Notes: a model not told the origin generated them from the letters alone. A DNA stretch of 44,188 bases from Candidatus Nanoarchaeia archaeon (GCA_035506455.1 DATJPJ010000080.1:1-44188), one strand, 5' to 3'. Counted from the first letter of the stretch, positions 32,612-42,333 are shown. Program-made: numbers and translations.

Positions 32612-32912
32612 CGCTTGCGGGTTGAGACATCTCTCTGCTCTCCTTCTCCTATTTAGGTGCAAGCACTACTTCCTCTTCTCACTAAGACAATAGGGAAAAA
32701 GGTCGCAATTTCTTAGATTTTTCTACTAAAGAAAATAAATCGATTACTGGCTCGGGTAAACATATACTTGGTTAACATTAGAAAATGAGAATTTCAATAT
32801 TAACACCACAACATTTTTCCTGCGAAATCCTTTTTTCCTTTTTTCGATTTTTTCAAAATCAGCGCAAAACCTTCGTAAAGATGGACCAAATCATGAAGCA
32901 ATATTCAATAAC

Positions 32913-33284
32913 GTGGAAATAACAGAAATGTTGGGTGGTTGTTCCGTGGATGCTGGTAAAAAAGAAGGTCCCGAGATAGATAGAAAAATCGTGGAAATAA
33001 GAAACCTAACTCAAGACATACTCAACTTAGGTGTTGACGTTTCAAAGAATAGCATAGAAATAAAGGAAAAAATGCGGTTGGTTATTTCGCTCGTAGGGTT
33101 TGTAATTTCATACCCAAACCCAAAGATAGAAACAATCAAGAACCCTCTAACTGAACTCTCACAAAACATTTTTGAACTCATAGATAACCACCCTAAACAG
33201 AACGACTCAATCATGACATATCTGAAGCTCTACTGCGGCTTCGCGAATAATTTGGTAGACGCAATGGTTCAAAAGAAGAGATGA
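32913..33284 (+). CDS. hypothetical protein
   Basis: 123-aa ORF with a GTG start (ATG alternative at 32928). It looks helical and has no recognised motif. Confidence 0.45.
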   Translation: MEITEMLGGCSVDAGKKEGPEIDRKIVEIRNLTQDILNLGVDVSKNSIEIKEKMRLVISLVGFVISYPNPKIETIKNPLTELSQNIFELIDNHPKQNDSIMTYLKLYCGFANNLVDAMVQKKR

Positions 33285-33453
33285 AAATAACCTCCACTTC
33301 AAAATCTTTCGCGCACTCATCACGTGTTTTCTTTTAAGCAGACATATCGAGACCCCGGAGAGGCAGCTAACCTTTTGACAACTATTTGTAAATAGTAAGA
33401 AGGAGTTTATCCATGAGATTGAGAACTTTTCTGCTTGGATTGCAGTGGGCGTT

Positions 33454-33894
33454 TTACACTTCTCGCAAGAGATTCTTGCCCTTCTCAGTGACTTCAATTG
33501 CACCTACTTGTTTGAAGATGTTAATGTTGTCAGTTACGTTCCAGTATTCAGCGAGTTTTCCATCAATTATGCGGTAGATGTCAACCGCTTTTGATGTTAT
33601 CTTTTTTCCAGTAGGACTTAATCCCATAAAGTCGCCATTGTGAGTTCCAGTATATTTGAGTAGAACCCATACTTTGTCGCCTTCAGCGATTATGTCTTCG
33701 ACGGTTTCATGCCAATCAGGAAAAGCATTAAGACCCATAGCGATTATTTGCTTAAGACCTTCACGACCTAAACTGTTAGAATGGTCAACATATTCTGGTG
33801 ACACAAAATCATCGATTAAATTCAACTTCCTTTCATTGTAGGCTTCAATAAACTTGCAAACAACTGCCTTATTCCCTTCTAATGACATGTGCAT
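33454..33894 (-). CDS. SnoaL-like ester cyclase family protein
   Basis: NKAVVCKFIEAYN...VDHSN...GTHNGDFMG...TGKKI...IDGKLAEYW pattern of the COG5485/SnoaL fold. Confidence 0.75.
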   Translation of the reverse strand: MHMSLEGNKAVVCKFIEAYNERKLNLIDDFVSPEYVDHSNSLGREGLKQIIAMGLNAFPDWHETVEDIIAEGDKVWVLLKYTGTHNGDFMGLSPTGKKITSKAVDIYRIIDGKLAEYWNVTDNINIFKQVGAIEVTEKGKNLLREV

Positions 33895-33965
33895 CCTTTT
33901 CCAGCTGGTTTAGTTAGTTGTGGTGAATTTTTACGTTTTAGTTGTTTTGACGGTTATTTATGGAT

Positions 33966-34769
33966 TTAGCAGGTAGGGTCTAGGTTGGTCAGTTGGTCTG
34001 GTATCTGCTTTGATGCTTTGTTCCAATAATAATTGAATATTTCTTTTGACCATTCTAGGATTTCGTTTCTTTCCGACTTAAACCCCGTATAGTCCAGCTT
34101 TCCGTTTATGTCATGAAAAGCCAAAGCTGAAACTTCCTTTTCTGAGATACAAACGAATATGGGTATTTTGTTAAGAAATCGGAAATCCATTTTTTTAGTT
34201 CGAACTGCTTTTGCAAAAGCTGGGTTGCTGACCAAGTCCCGTATACTTTTGGTTGGATTGTAGTCCTTCTGCATCATGAGCCGAAATTCCGCACCACGAT
34301 CAAGAGCTGAAACTAAATATGGAATAGTGCTTGCTAAAATTTGGTTTGTTAGAATCCAAACGTGTTCTTCTGCTCTAGCTATCATTTCTTCAACGTTGCG
34401 GAAAGCTATCATTACATCCTTGACGGGTTCACAGTTTTCAAGCAGTCCCAAGCTAGATTCAAACAGTCGAGGTAATTCGTTCGTTTTGTGGGTTGTGAAG
34501 TATTCTCTGTTCGTGAACAGAAACCTAATCCCTGAAAGCTGTGATAGAACCTCTTCTCCATAGGGAGTTAGATGAAACAACGCATCTACGTCTTTCACTA
34601 TCAATTTTGCATCGGCAAGTCTTTCAACATTCCTTGAAGTCTCCTGAACGGTCAAGTCTAGCTTGCTAGAAATGTGAGACAGCTTTAGAGGGGTTTTTTT
34701 AATAAGGAGCATAATATCCAAGCGGTCTACACTTGAAAGTTCAAAGAGTAAAGTGTTGAAATCCTCCAA
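33966..34769 (-). CDS. ArsR-type wHTH regulator with DUF1724-like C-terminal domain
   Basis: The N-terminal wHTH is RLDIMLLIKKTPLKLSHISSKLDLTVQETSRNVERLADAKLI. The roughly 180-aa C-terminal domain is as in FilR1-like archaeal regulators. TTG start. Confidence 0.7.
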   Translation of the reverse strand: MEDFNTLLFELSSVDRLDIMLLIKKTPLKLSHISSKLDLTVQETSRNVERLADAKLIVKDVDALFHLTPYGEEVLSQLSGIRFLFTNREYFTTHKTNELPRLFESSLGLLENCEPVKDVMIAFRNVEEMIARAEEHVWILTNQILASTIPYLVSALDRGAEFRLMMQKDYNPTKSIRDLVSNPAFAKAVRTKKMDFRFLNKIPIFVCISEKEVSALAFHDINGKLDYTGFKSERNEILEWSKEIFNYYWNKASKQIPDQLTNLDPTC

Positions 34770-34883
34770 TATTCGTCAACCCTGGTTTTGCTTATGACTT
34801 CATAGCCGTTTATGATATTTCATGTTTGCTGTTGAGATTGCTTTATCATTAATTTTTCTTTACAGTAATGTTCAAGGTGAAGA

Positions 34884-35165
34884 TTGACGAGCAAAATAAT
34901 TGATGAACATTCATTCTCTGTTGAGTTGAAAACTGAGGGTGCCATAAAAAGAATGTCTTTTCTTGAAAAAGAAAATGGACAAGTATTCTTCGAAGGTTGC
35001 CTTGGCAAATTAACAAGCATCAACATGGTAGAAGGTGTACTGCTTCAAATTGAAGGCGACAACGGCAGTTTCAGACTCGACATTACCCAAAAAGAAATTG
35101 AACAAGGCATCATCCGGAAAAAAAGCGAATCAATGGTGAACAACAATGAAACGGCAACAAACTAG
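34884..35165 (+). CDS. hypothetical small protein, first gene of the Fe-S/flavoprotein operon
   Basis: 93-aa ORF with a TTG start. It overlaps the next gene by 20 nt. Confidence 0.45.
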   Translation: MTSKIIDEHSFSVELKTEGAIKRMSFLEKENGQVFFEGCLGKLTSINMVEGVLLQIEGDNGSFRLDITQKEIEQGIIRKKSESMVNNNETATN

Positions 35166-35913
35166 AGAAATCATAGCAATACTAATGTTCATACTGTTTC
35201 CAGTCATTTACTACTACTTCTCGCCCTATCTTATCATAATGGGTGCTTCTGAAGGAATTGTGACGGGTAGTCTGCTGGTCTTTGCGGGACTGTTCTTTTC
35301 CTCTTTATTTGCGGGAAGAGTTTTTTGCGGCTGGATTTGTCCAGCTGGAGCTACACAAGAACTCTGTGCAATGGTCAGAAAGAAGGGTTTTAAGAACGGA
35401 AAGAAAAACCTGATAAAATATGCTATTTGGGCTCCATGGATTTCCATTATCGCACTAATGTTCTTCGAAGCTGGAGGAATAAAAGCTGTAGACCCTCTTT
35501 ATCAAACGTACTATGGAATATCAATCTCAGACATCTATTCAGTGGTAATATTCGTAGCAATTGCAGGTCTTGTCGCTGGTTTTGCCCTTGCAGCTGGTAA
35601 ACGTGCATTCTGCCATACTTTATGCTGGATGGCTCCGTTCATGATAATTGGAAGAAAGATAAGAAATACAGCTAACTTGTCCTCACTTCAACTAAGTGTT
35701 GATAAAGAAAAATGCGTCAACTGCAAAGTCTGCAATCAGAAATGCCCAATGAGCCTTAACGTAAACAGCATGGTACAACAAAACACAATGGAGAACACGG
35801 AATGCATACTCTGTGGCTCATGCGTAGACAACTGTCCAAAACAAGTACTCAAATACTCCTTTGGCAAAAACAAACCAGGGGCAAGCGTAAAAGAACAAAG
35901 AATATCCAATTGA
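35146..35913 (+). CDS. NapH/MauN-like polytopic membrane 4Fe-4S protein
   Basis: TM helices, the CGWICPAG motif and C-terminal CVNCKVCNQKCP plus CILCGSCVDNCP. Confidence 0.8.
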   Translation: MKRQQTREIIAILMFILFPVIYYYFSPYLIIMGASEGIVTGSLLVFAGLFFSSLFAGRVFCGWICPAGATQELCAMVRKKGFKNGKKNLIKYAIWAPWISIIALMFFEAGGIKAVDPLYQTYYGISISDIYSVVIFVAIAGLVAGFALAAGKRAFCHTLCWMAPFMIIGRKIRNTANLSSLQLSVDKEKCVNCKVCNQKCPMSLNVNSMVQQNTMENTECILCGSCVDNCPKQVLKYSFGKNKPGASVKEQRISN

Positions 35914-35930
35914 CTGGAGAAGAAACAAAG

Positions 35931-36503
35931 ATGAAAGCATTGGTTCTGAACGGGTCAAGGACAGAAAAAGAAGCTGTAAATTCGGTTTCTGATTTTCTGT
36001 TAGATTCTCTTAGGAAAAATGGCGATGAAGTCGAGGTCATGGTTCTTCGCAATATGTCGATAGCAAGTTGCTTGGGTTGCTTTGGTTGTTGGCTTAAAAC
36101 TCCAGGAGAATGCGTAATCCACGATGCTGGAAACGAACTACCTGGAAAAGTCATTCAAAGTGACTTTGTCTTTCTGTTGACGCCAATTTCCTTTGGGATG
36201 TATTCTTCGGAACTAAAGAAAGCACTAGACAGATTCCCTTGTCCAGTTCTGCTTCCTTTCTTTGAGAAGATAAACGGCGAAATTCACCATGCACCCAGAT
36301 ATAACAAATACCCAACCTTGGTAGCTATAGGTGCACTGCCAAACTCAGATGAAGAAAGCGAAAACACATTCACAACCTTAGTATCAAGAAACGGCATAAA
36401 CTTGCACACTAAAGCATTCTCCACCATCATCTATTCAGCCGATACCGCTGAAACAATCAAACAAAAAGTAATTGCCACCTTATCAAAGGCAGGTGTCCAA
36501 TAA
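35931..36503 (+). CDS. iron-sulfur flavoprotein (Isf)-like NADPH-dependent FMN reductase fold
   Basis: The internal ATG at 35931 gives MKALVLNGSR, with GGAGA upstream. The compact Cys motif CLGCFGCWLKTPGEC resembles the Isf CxxCxxCx5-7C. Confidence 0.7.
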   Translation: MKALVLNGSRTEKEAVNSVSDFLLDSLRKNGDEVEVMVLRNMSIASCLGCFGCWLKTPGECVIHDAGNELPGKVIQSDFVFLLTPISFGMYSSELKKALDRFPCPVLLPFFEKINGEIHHAPRYNKYPTLVAIGALPNSDEESENTFTTLVSRNGINLHTKAFSTIIYSADTAETIKQKVIATLSKAGVQ

Positions 36504-37195
36504 TGCAGAGCCAGAAACCTACTCATGCAGCACTTTTGGTTGGAAGCCCCAAAGGTCAAAACAGTACATCAAACTCTCTTGGAACTTATCTTCTTGAGAA
36601 ATTAGAACAAAAGGGTGTGCACTCCGGAAAAGTCTTCCTTAACCAGTGCCTTGGCTCAGAGGAGAAACAAGCCGTTATGCTTCGGCTTGTCGATTCATCA
36701 GACTTAATTATTCTCGCGTTCCCCTTGTATGTAGATAGTTTGCACTCGCAAGTCATTAAAACGTTAGAGCTTATTGCTGAATACGAAAAGGGCAAACTCC
36801 ATCTGGGCAAGAAAAAGTTTGTTGCAATTGCAAACAGCGGCTTCCCGGAGGCAAACCACAACAAAATTGCAGTAAATGTCTGTCGTATCTTTGCCAAACA
36901 AGTTGGTTATTCTTGGGCTGGTGGATTGGCTATGGGAGGAGGCGCAATGATATCGGGTCGTCCTTTGGGTGAACTCGGAGGGATGGTTCGTAATCAGAAG
37001 AAGGCATTGGAAGTCGCTGCGGAAGCCTTATCGCAAGGAGAAGCTATACCTGAAAAAGCAATTGCCTTAATCTCCAAGATTGGAATACCTAAATGGCTGT
37101 ATCTGTGGATGGGTAATCGTGGCTGGAAACAAGAAGCCAAGCAACAAATTGACACAAAGGAGATGTACAATAAACCTTTCAAATCAGAGAGATAA
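36503..37195 (+). CDS. flavodoxin-like fold NAD(P)H-dependent oxidoreductase
   Basis: ALLVGSPKGQNSTSN and LIILAFPLYVDSL. A 1-nt stop/start overlap joins it to the Isf-like gene. Confidence 0.65.
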   Translation: MQSQKPTHAALLVGSPKGQNSTSNSLGTYLLEKLEQKGVHSGKVFLNQCLGSEEKQAVMLRLVDSSDLIILAFPLYVDSLHSQVIKTLELIAEYEKGKLHLGKKKFVAIANSGFPEANHNKIAVNVCRIFAKQVGYSWAGGLAMGGGAMISGRPLGELGGMVRNQKKALEVAAEALSQGEAIPEKAIALISKIGIPKWLYLWMGNRGWKQEAKQQIDTKEMYNKPFKSER

Positions 37196-37242
37196 CTAGA
37201 CTGAGTGGATGAGAAAAAAAGACTTTATCAATATCTATTAGT

Positions 37243-37695
37243 TTATTTCTTCAGGTTTGAAGCGAAATCTTCTGCCCTTTTGAGGTCGTCTGTATTTGGT
37301 CTACCCTTCTGTGTTCCACCTATGATTTTGAATGGCCCCCACGAGTTGAATCCAGCACAATTAAACTCCCCCACAATCATGTATCCTTTAGACTGAAGTG
37401 CCTCTCGAAGAGACAAATGATATTGGGTTCCTTTTCTTGTGTTTGCACACGTAGAGAAGATGAACGCTTTTTTGCTAGTGACTTGTGGAACGTTGTCTAC
37501 AAGTTTTCGCATGTCTTTGTGAACTTTTCCACCATAGATTCCCGACCCGAAGCCAACAACATCATACCCTTGCAATTCTTCGGGCGTAGTTTGTTGGGGA
37601 GTTTTAATCTGTGCATCAAGCACTTTTGCCATTTCTTCGGCTATTTTTTGGGTGTTGTTGTGATGGTTAGAATAACATATGATCAAGGATTTCAT
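37243..37695 (-). CDS. flavodoxin family protein
   Basis: 150 aa with MKSLIICYSNHHNNTQKIAEEMA and GFGSGIYGG. Confidence 0.75.
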   Translation of the reverse strand: MKSLIICYSNHHNNTQKIAEEMAKVLDAQIKTPQQTTPEELQGYDVVGFGSGIYGGKVHKDMRKLVDNVPQVTSKKAFIFSTCANTRKGTQYHLSLREALQSKGYMIVGEFNCAGFNSWGPFKIIGGTQKGRPNTDDLKRAEDFASNLKK

Positions 37696-37729
37696 TTTGT
37701 CATTTATCTCCGTTTTATTCCATATACTA

Positions 37730-38290
37730 TTACTTGCCTATATTAGCCAGTTCTTTAGCCCAATTGCGAATTTCATCAAGGTTTCTCAAGTCATAGCCGT
37801 TGCTTGATTCTTTATACCCTGCACTTTCAAGTTGTGGCTTGATTGATGATAGAGTTTTTTTGAAGAACCATGACATTTTGCCAAAATTGTAGCATCCACC
37901 AAAGTAACCGAGAGCTATTGGTTTAAGACCAAATTCGGTGGCTTTGTCTTGGAGATACTTTTGTTTGCCATTGTTGTATTCTTTGGTTCTTTTCTCTCCT
38001 TCTGATAAAGGATTTGCTCCACCACAAGACACAAAGAGTGCAACTCTCTTGGTAGCTAATTCTTTCTGATGTTTTTTGATGAAGTTTTCTGGTTCGCTTG
38101 TCCATTTGCCCATCTGAATTCCACTGCCGACAATGATGAGGTCGAATTCGCTTAGGCTTTGCACTCTTTCCTTTTTAGCATCGACAATTTTGACTTCGCA
38201 ACCTACTTGCCGGAGAGTCTCTGCGATAACCTCAGAAGTATTCGCAGTTGTTCCAGTGCGAGTTCCGTAAACAATCAAAGCCTTCGCCAT
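37730..38290 (-). CDS. flavodoxin-domain protein
   Basis: 186 aa with KALIVYGTRTGTTANTSEVIA and IIVGSGIQMGKW. Confidence 0.75.
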   Translation of the reverse strand: MAKALIVYGTRTGTTANTSEVIAETLRQVGCEVKIVDAKKERVQSLSEFDLIIVGSGIQMGKWTSEPENFIKKHQKELATKRVALFVSCGGANPLSEGEKRTKEYNNGKQKYLQDKATEFGLKPIALGYFGGCYNFGKMSWFFKKTLSSIKPQLESAGYKESSNGYDLRNLDEIRNWAKELANIGK

Positions 38291-38406
38291 TTTGTCCCCA
38301 TCCTTTTTAATGCTAATAATCGGGTGTATGGAGTTTTAGCTTTTGCTATTGAAGTGAAGAATCAAAGCGACATTGCTAGAGGCTATGATTGTGGTTTTGG
38401 ATCAAT

Positions 38407-41400
38407 CTACTGGTCTGTTCGAGTTTGTTTTGTTGACCTGCGTTCATAGACGAATGCTATTGATATTATCGTTATGACGATGACTATTGCTGCTGCGATG
38501 ATGACAATGAGAGTTGTTGGGTTTTGTTGAAGTGGTGGGGGGGTTGCTGAGGGAGACGGGGTCGCTGGGTGTTCAGTTGGGGATGCTGTTGGTGAGATTG
38601 TTTGTGTGATTTTTATTGTTACTTGGTTTGCGGGGAATGGGACTGAAAAGAACACGTAGAAGTTGCTGGAGTCTTGAGTGGTTCCCTGATTCGAAGCTTT
38701 CTGGCCGTCAATGTAGACTACTGGTTGGTCTCCGTATGGTGATTCGCTTTTGGGAATGGTTATGTAGCTAAACCCAGTTGTTCCAGAGGGGCCTGTAACG
38801 TTGAACGATAGCGTTGTTGTTTCTGCGGCTTGATCCGGTGTGAGCGTGATGCTGGAGATTTGCTGGGTTGTAACGTTTCCGTAGGTCTGGATTGTGGCTG
38901 TGCTTGAGTCAGGTTTCAAAGCCATTATGGTTGCGTTCGAGAATGGAATGTAGATCAGCGTGAAGTTAGCGGTTATGGTTCCTGCACCATTAATTGCGGC
39001 CGTTGTCGAACCTGAACCCGGCGAACCAAAGGTGATCTGTCCAGCTGCCAACCATGTTGAGAAAGCATATCCAGCTTTTGGTGAAGCAGATATTAGCAGT
39101 TTTCCCGCGTTTAGCCATAGATCGCTGCCTGTTGGGGAAGTTGTTCCGCCAGTAGCGGGGCTCACCGTAAAAGATACCTGGTACTGAGTGACATACGTAG
39201 CCGTCGTTGTGGTTGGCCCTGTCACTGTCAATGGCGAAGTTGAAGTCACACCTGAAAGAAGATACTGCTTTCCTTGAATCGAGCTTGACACGATGTTGGC
39301 ATAGCTAAACTGCAGAGAAGTGCCGCTGTCAACCCATTGTGGACCAGCTGCCGTTGAGTTTGCACCAGTAGCATCGCTTTCTAGCCCAGTTGTTGAAAAC
39401 GTAACCTGATACTGAGTCTTGTAAGTCCCTGTAATCGATATCGGACTCGATACAACCAAGGGTGAAGCAGCGCTCACGCCTGTCAAAACGTACTGCTTGC
39501 CCAGAGAAGCGCTTGAAATCGTAGGACCGTAGCTGAATGACACGGAGTCTGAAGAGTTAACCCAGAGGCTGAAAGGCAACTCTGTGTAACCCTTAGCGAC
39601 TCCGCTAACTGTAACTACGGCGCCTGTCGAGTCACTTTCGAGGTTTGCTTGCATGAGTGTAACTAGGCACTGAAGACTAGTGGTTATGACCTGGCTTCCG
39701 GGTGAGGTGGCTGGAACGACGGAAGGACTTGGAAGCCAACGTTCGGCGCCTGTGGAGGGGGTGCTCAGAGTTATCGAGCCGGAAGCGTCAAACCAGTAAT
39801 CCACGGGTTTCATCGTTAGAGTAGGCGAATAAGGTGAACCGAAGCTCGCCCCATTTGCAACTGGGGCAGATGGTAATGCACCGCCAGTTGCGGCATAGCT
39901 GAGGGTCTGTTTGTATTGGTGGTAGTATTGTTCTGAATATGTGGTTCCGGCAGAGGTTATTGCTCCAGTGCTGTAGTCTTTGCCAATGGACCATCTTTCG
40001 TTAGATCCGCTGTTTGCTGAGGTTGCTGGGAATGTAACCAGGGTGCCGTAGTCGGTCCAGGCGGAAGCGTTCCAGTTGTTGCCTGAATTGAGGGTTGCAA
40101 TTGTTGATGAGTTAGTTGCGAGGTACGTTCCGGTCAGGATTACCGTGTCGTTGGGCTGGGGGCCTGTAACGCTGTAGATGTTGTTGAGCTGCTCGAAAGC
40201 CGTTGCTGAAACAGGAGTTGTGGAGGCATCGTACGAATTCGATGTAAGCGAGAAGTCGCCTGAGGCGTTGAATCCAATTCGGACATAGTTACTGTTATTG
40301 AACGAGAGGGTGAAGGGGACACCTTGATCCATGATTATGCTGTGCAGAGTCCCGTCTGCCAAGAAAGTCGACGGCGATGGGTTTCCACCCATTATTACTA
40401 CGGTGGCTGGTGGGGTCGAGCCGAACATAGTCACTGTTATGGGCTGGAAAACGGAGGTGACGTTGTAGGAGCCGGATGCTGAATGAAGATTTTGATCCAG
40501 AACGACGACTTGTTTGATCCCTGCCGTTGAATTTGGGACAGCAAAAATAGCGGAAAACGACCCAAACGCATCTGTCTTGATCGACCCGTTTAAAAGTACT
40601 TGCTGGCCTGCAAATGTTGCGTTGATTCTTGAGGAAGGCGAAAATCCAGCACCTGATAGCGTAACCGCTGAGTTTACGCGTCCGCTGGTTGGGCTCAAAC
40701 TAATGCTGGGGAGCACTGAGAATGAGGCGTTAAGCAAGTTGGTTCCATCGTTTATTTGGAGAACTTGACTGCCCACGGGTGAAGCGGGGATCGAAAAGGT
40801 GGCGTTCAGATTCCCTGACGAGTCGGTGGTTGAATTTGATAGTGTCACGTTTGTTCCAGCAAAAGTTGCTGAAACATTCTGGCTACCTACGAGTCCTGTG
40901 CCCGTAACTTTTACCGTGGAGCCAACGTTGCCAATCGAAGAATTCAGGCTAATTGTGGGGGTTGTCCAGAACGTTGTCGACGGGTTGTTGTATCCATCGG
41001 TAACCGTAAATATGTGGCTGCCAAACGAGGTTGGCGGGACGATGAACGTGGCAGATAGGGCGCCGCTGATATCAGTCGTGGAGGCGCTTAAGGTTGCTGG
41101 GGCGTTGTCCAATGTTGCATTGACCGACGTTAAGCCCAGCAGTCCTACTGCTCTAAAGTTAATTGATGAACCTACAGATCCACTTGTCGGGCTGACGCTT
41201 GCAGCGCCTAAAGCATACAAGTATCCGTCGTAGGAGCCAACGTAAACGACTCCGTTGTCGATCGTCGGTGATGAAAACACGTATGCTCCGGTTCGGAACG
41301 ACCAGTAGATGTTACCGAGGGTTGCGTTCAAGGCGTAAACGTTGCTATCAGGTGCTCCGTAATAGAGAATGTCATTTGCAACAGCGGCGGAAGAATACTG

Positions 41401-42333
41401 GTAGGATCCCGCAGTAAACGGTCCAGTGGGCGGTAGGAATTCCCAATCTATTGCTCCACTGGCGGCATTTAGGGCATAGAGGTAGCCGCCGCGCGTGCTA
41501 AAGTAGACCATATTGTTGGCAACTGCGGGCGAAGTGTCAATAATTCCGCTCGTCGTGAAGTACCAGATTAGGGCGCCGTTGTTTGCATTTAGCGCGAAAA
41601 GGGATCCGGACTCGGAACCTACGTAGACTATTCCGTTGTTAACGGCTGGGGATGAATAGATTGGACCTTTTGTGTCGTATGACCATTGCTCTGATCCGGT
41701 GGAAGCGTTTAGGGCATATAAGTAACCGTTTTTTGAACCAGTGTAGACTATGCCGTTGACAACTGCCGGTGCGGAAGATACGGCGCCTCCGGTTTGGACA
41801 TCCCAAATCAGAGATCCATTTGAGGCGTTCAGAGCATACACAAAACCATAAAATGACCCTATGTAAACTACCCCATTTACGACAGTTGGAGAACACTCCA
41901 CGCTAGACGTGGGGAACTGCCAGATCTCCAGACCAGTTACTGCATTAATGGCGTAAACATCAGTTTCACTCGCTACGTATACAACGCCGTTTGCAACAGC
42001 AGGGGAAGACTCACCCTGAGGACTTAAAGTAGTGAATCGCCAGATCTTGGAGCCGTCAAACGCGTTTAGGGCGTAAATGTAGCCGTCCCAAGAACCAACG
42101 TACACAACTCCGTTAACTATGGCCGCATTCGAATGGGTGGTGCCGCCTAAATAATATTGCCAGAGCAGTTGGCCGCTGGAAATTTCAGAGGTGGAGCTTC
42201 CAGAGTTCTGAGGGTCATGGCGGAACATGGGCCAATCATCAACATAGGCACGAACTGGCGCCGCCACCAAAAAGGCGGAGATGAAAACCAAAAATAGAAT
42301 GAATAGGATTGCTCCAATCTGCATCTTTTTCAT
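38407..42333 (-). CDS. giant surface protein: signal peptide, PQQ-like beta-propeller repeats, Ig/IPT-like and B-repeat-like modules, P/T stalk, C-terminal TM anchor
   Basis: The ATG at 42333 gives MKKMQIGAILFILFLVF, with GGTGAC 4 nt upstream. At least 8 repeats of the G(V/I)VY(V/I)GS...G.(L/V)YALNA..G...W type are present. Later modules repeat YQVTF/YQVSF. The tail is LQQN-TM-ERRSTK. Confidence 0.85.
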   Translation of the reverse strand: MKKMQIGAILFILFLVFISAFLVAAPVRAYVDDWPMFRHDPQNSGSSTSEISSGQLLWQYYLGGTTHSNAAIVNGVVYVGSWDGYIYALNAFDGSKIWRFTTLSPQGESSPAVANGVVYVASETDVYAINAVTGLEIWQFPTSSVECSPTVVNGVVYIGSFYGFVYALNASNGSLIWDVQTGGAVSSAPAVVNGIVYTGSKNGYLYALNASTGSEQWSYDTKGPIYSSPAVNNGIVYVGSESGSLFALNANNGALIWYFTTSGIIDTSPAVANNMVYFSTRGGYLYALNAASGAIDWEFLPPTGPFTAGSYQYSSAAVANDILYYGAPDSNVYALNATLGNIYWSFRTGAYVFSSPTIDNGVVYVGSYDGYLYALGAASVSPTSGSVGSSINFRAVGLLGLTSVNATLDNAPATLSASTTDISGALSATFIVPPTSFGSHIFTVTDGYNNPSTTFWTTPTISLNSSIGNVGSTVKVTGTGLVGSQNVSATFAGTNVTLSNSTTDSSGNLNATFSIPASPVGSQVLQINDGTNLLNASFSVLPSISLSPTSGRVNSAVTLSGAGFSPSSRINATFAGQQVLLNGSIKTDAFGSFSAIFAVPNSTAGIKQVVVLDQNLHSASGSYNVTSVFQPITVTMFGSTPPATVVIMGGNPSPSTFLADGTLHSIIMDQGVPFTLSFNNSNYVRIGFNASGDFSLTSNSYDASTTPVSATAFEQLNNIYSVTGPQPNDTVILTGTYLATNSSTIATLNSGNNWNASAWTDYGTLVTFPATSANSGSNERWSIGKDYSTGAITSAGTTYSEQYYHQYKQTLSYAATGGALPSAPVANGASFGSPYSPTLTMKPVDYWFDASGSITLSTPSTGAERWLPSPSVVPATSPGSQVITTSLQCLVTLMQANLESDSTGAVVTVSGVAKGYTELPFSLWVNSSDSVSFSYGPTISSASLGKQYVLTGVSAASPLVVSSPISITGTYKTQYQVTFSTTGLESDATGANSTAAGPQWVDSGTSLQFSYANIVSSSIQGKQYLLSGVTSTSPLTVTGPTTTTATYVTQYQVSFTVSPATGGTTSPTGSDLWLNAGKLLISASPKAGYAFSTWLAAGQITFGSPGSGSTTAAINGAGTITANFTLIYIPFSNATIMALKPDSSTATIQTYGNVTTQQISSITLTPDQAAETTTLSFNVTGPSGTTGFSYITIPKSESPYGDQPVVYIDGQKASNQGTTQDSSNFYVFFSVPFPANQVTIKITQTISPTASPTEHPATPSPSATPPPLQQNPTTLIVIIAAAIVIVITIISIAFVYERRSTKQTRTDQ

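Noticed and set aside
33207-33503. 98-aa minus-strand ORF between the hypothetical gene and the SnoaL gene.
   Set aside because: It overlaps both neighbours, is Cys/Leu/Ser-rich and has no SD site. It is probably spurious.
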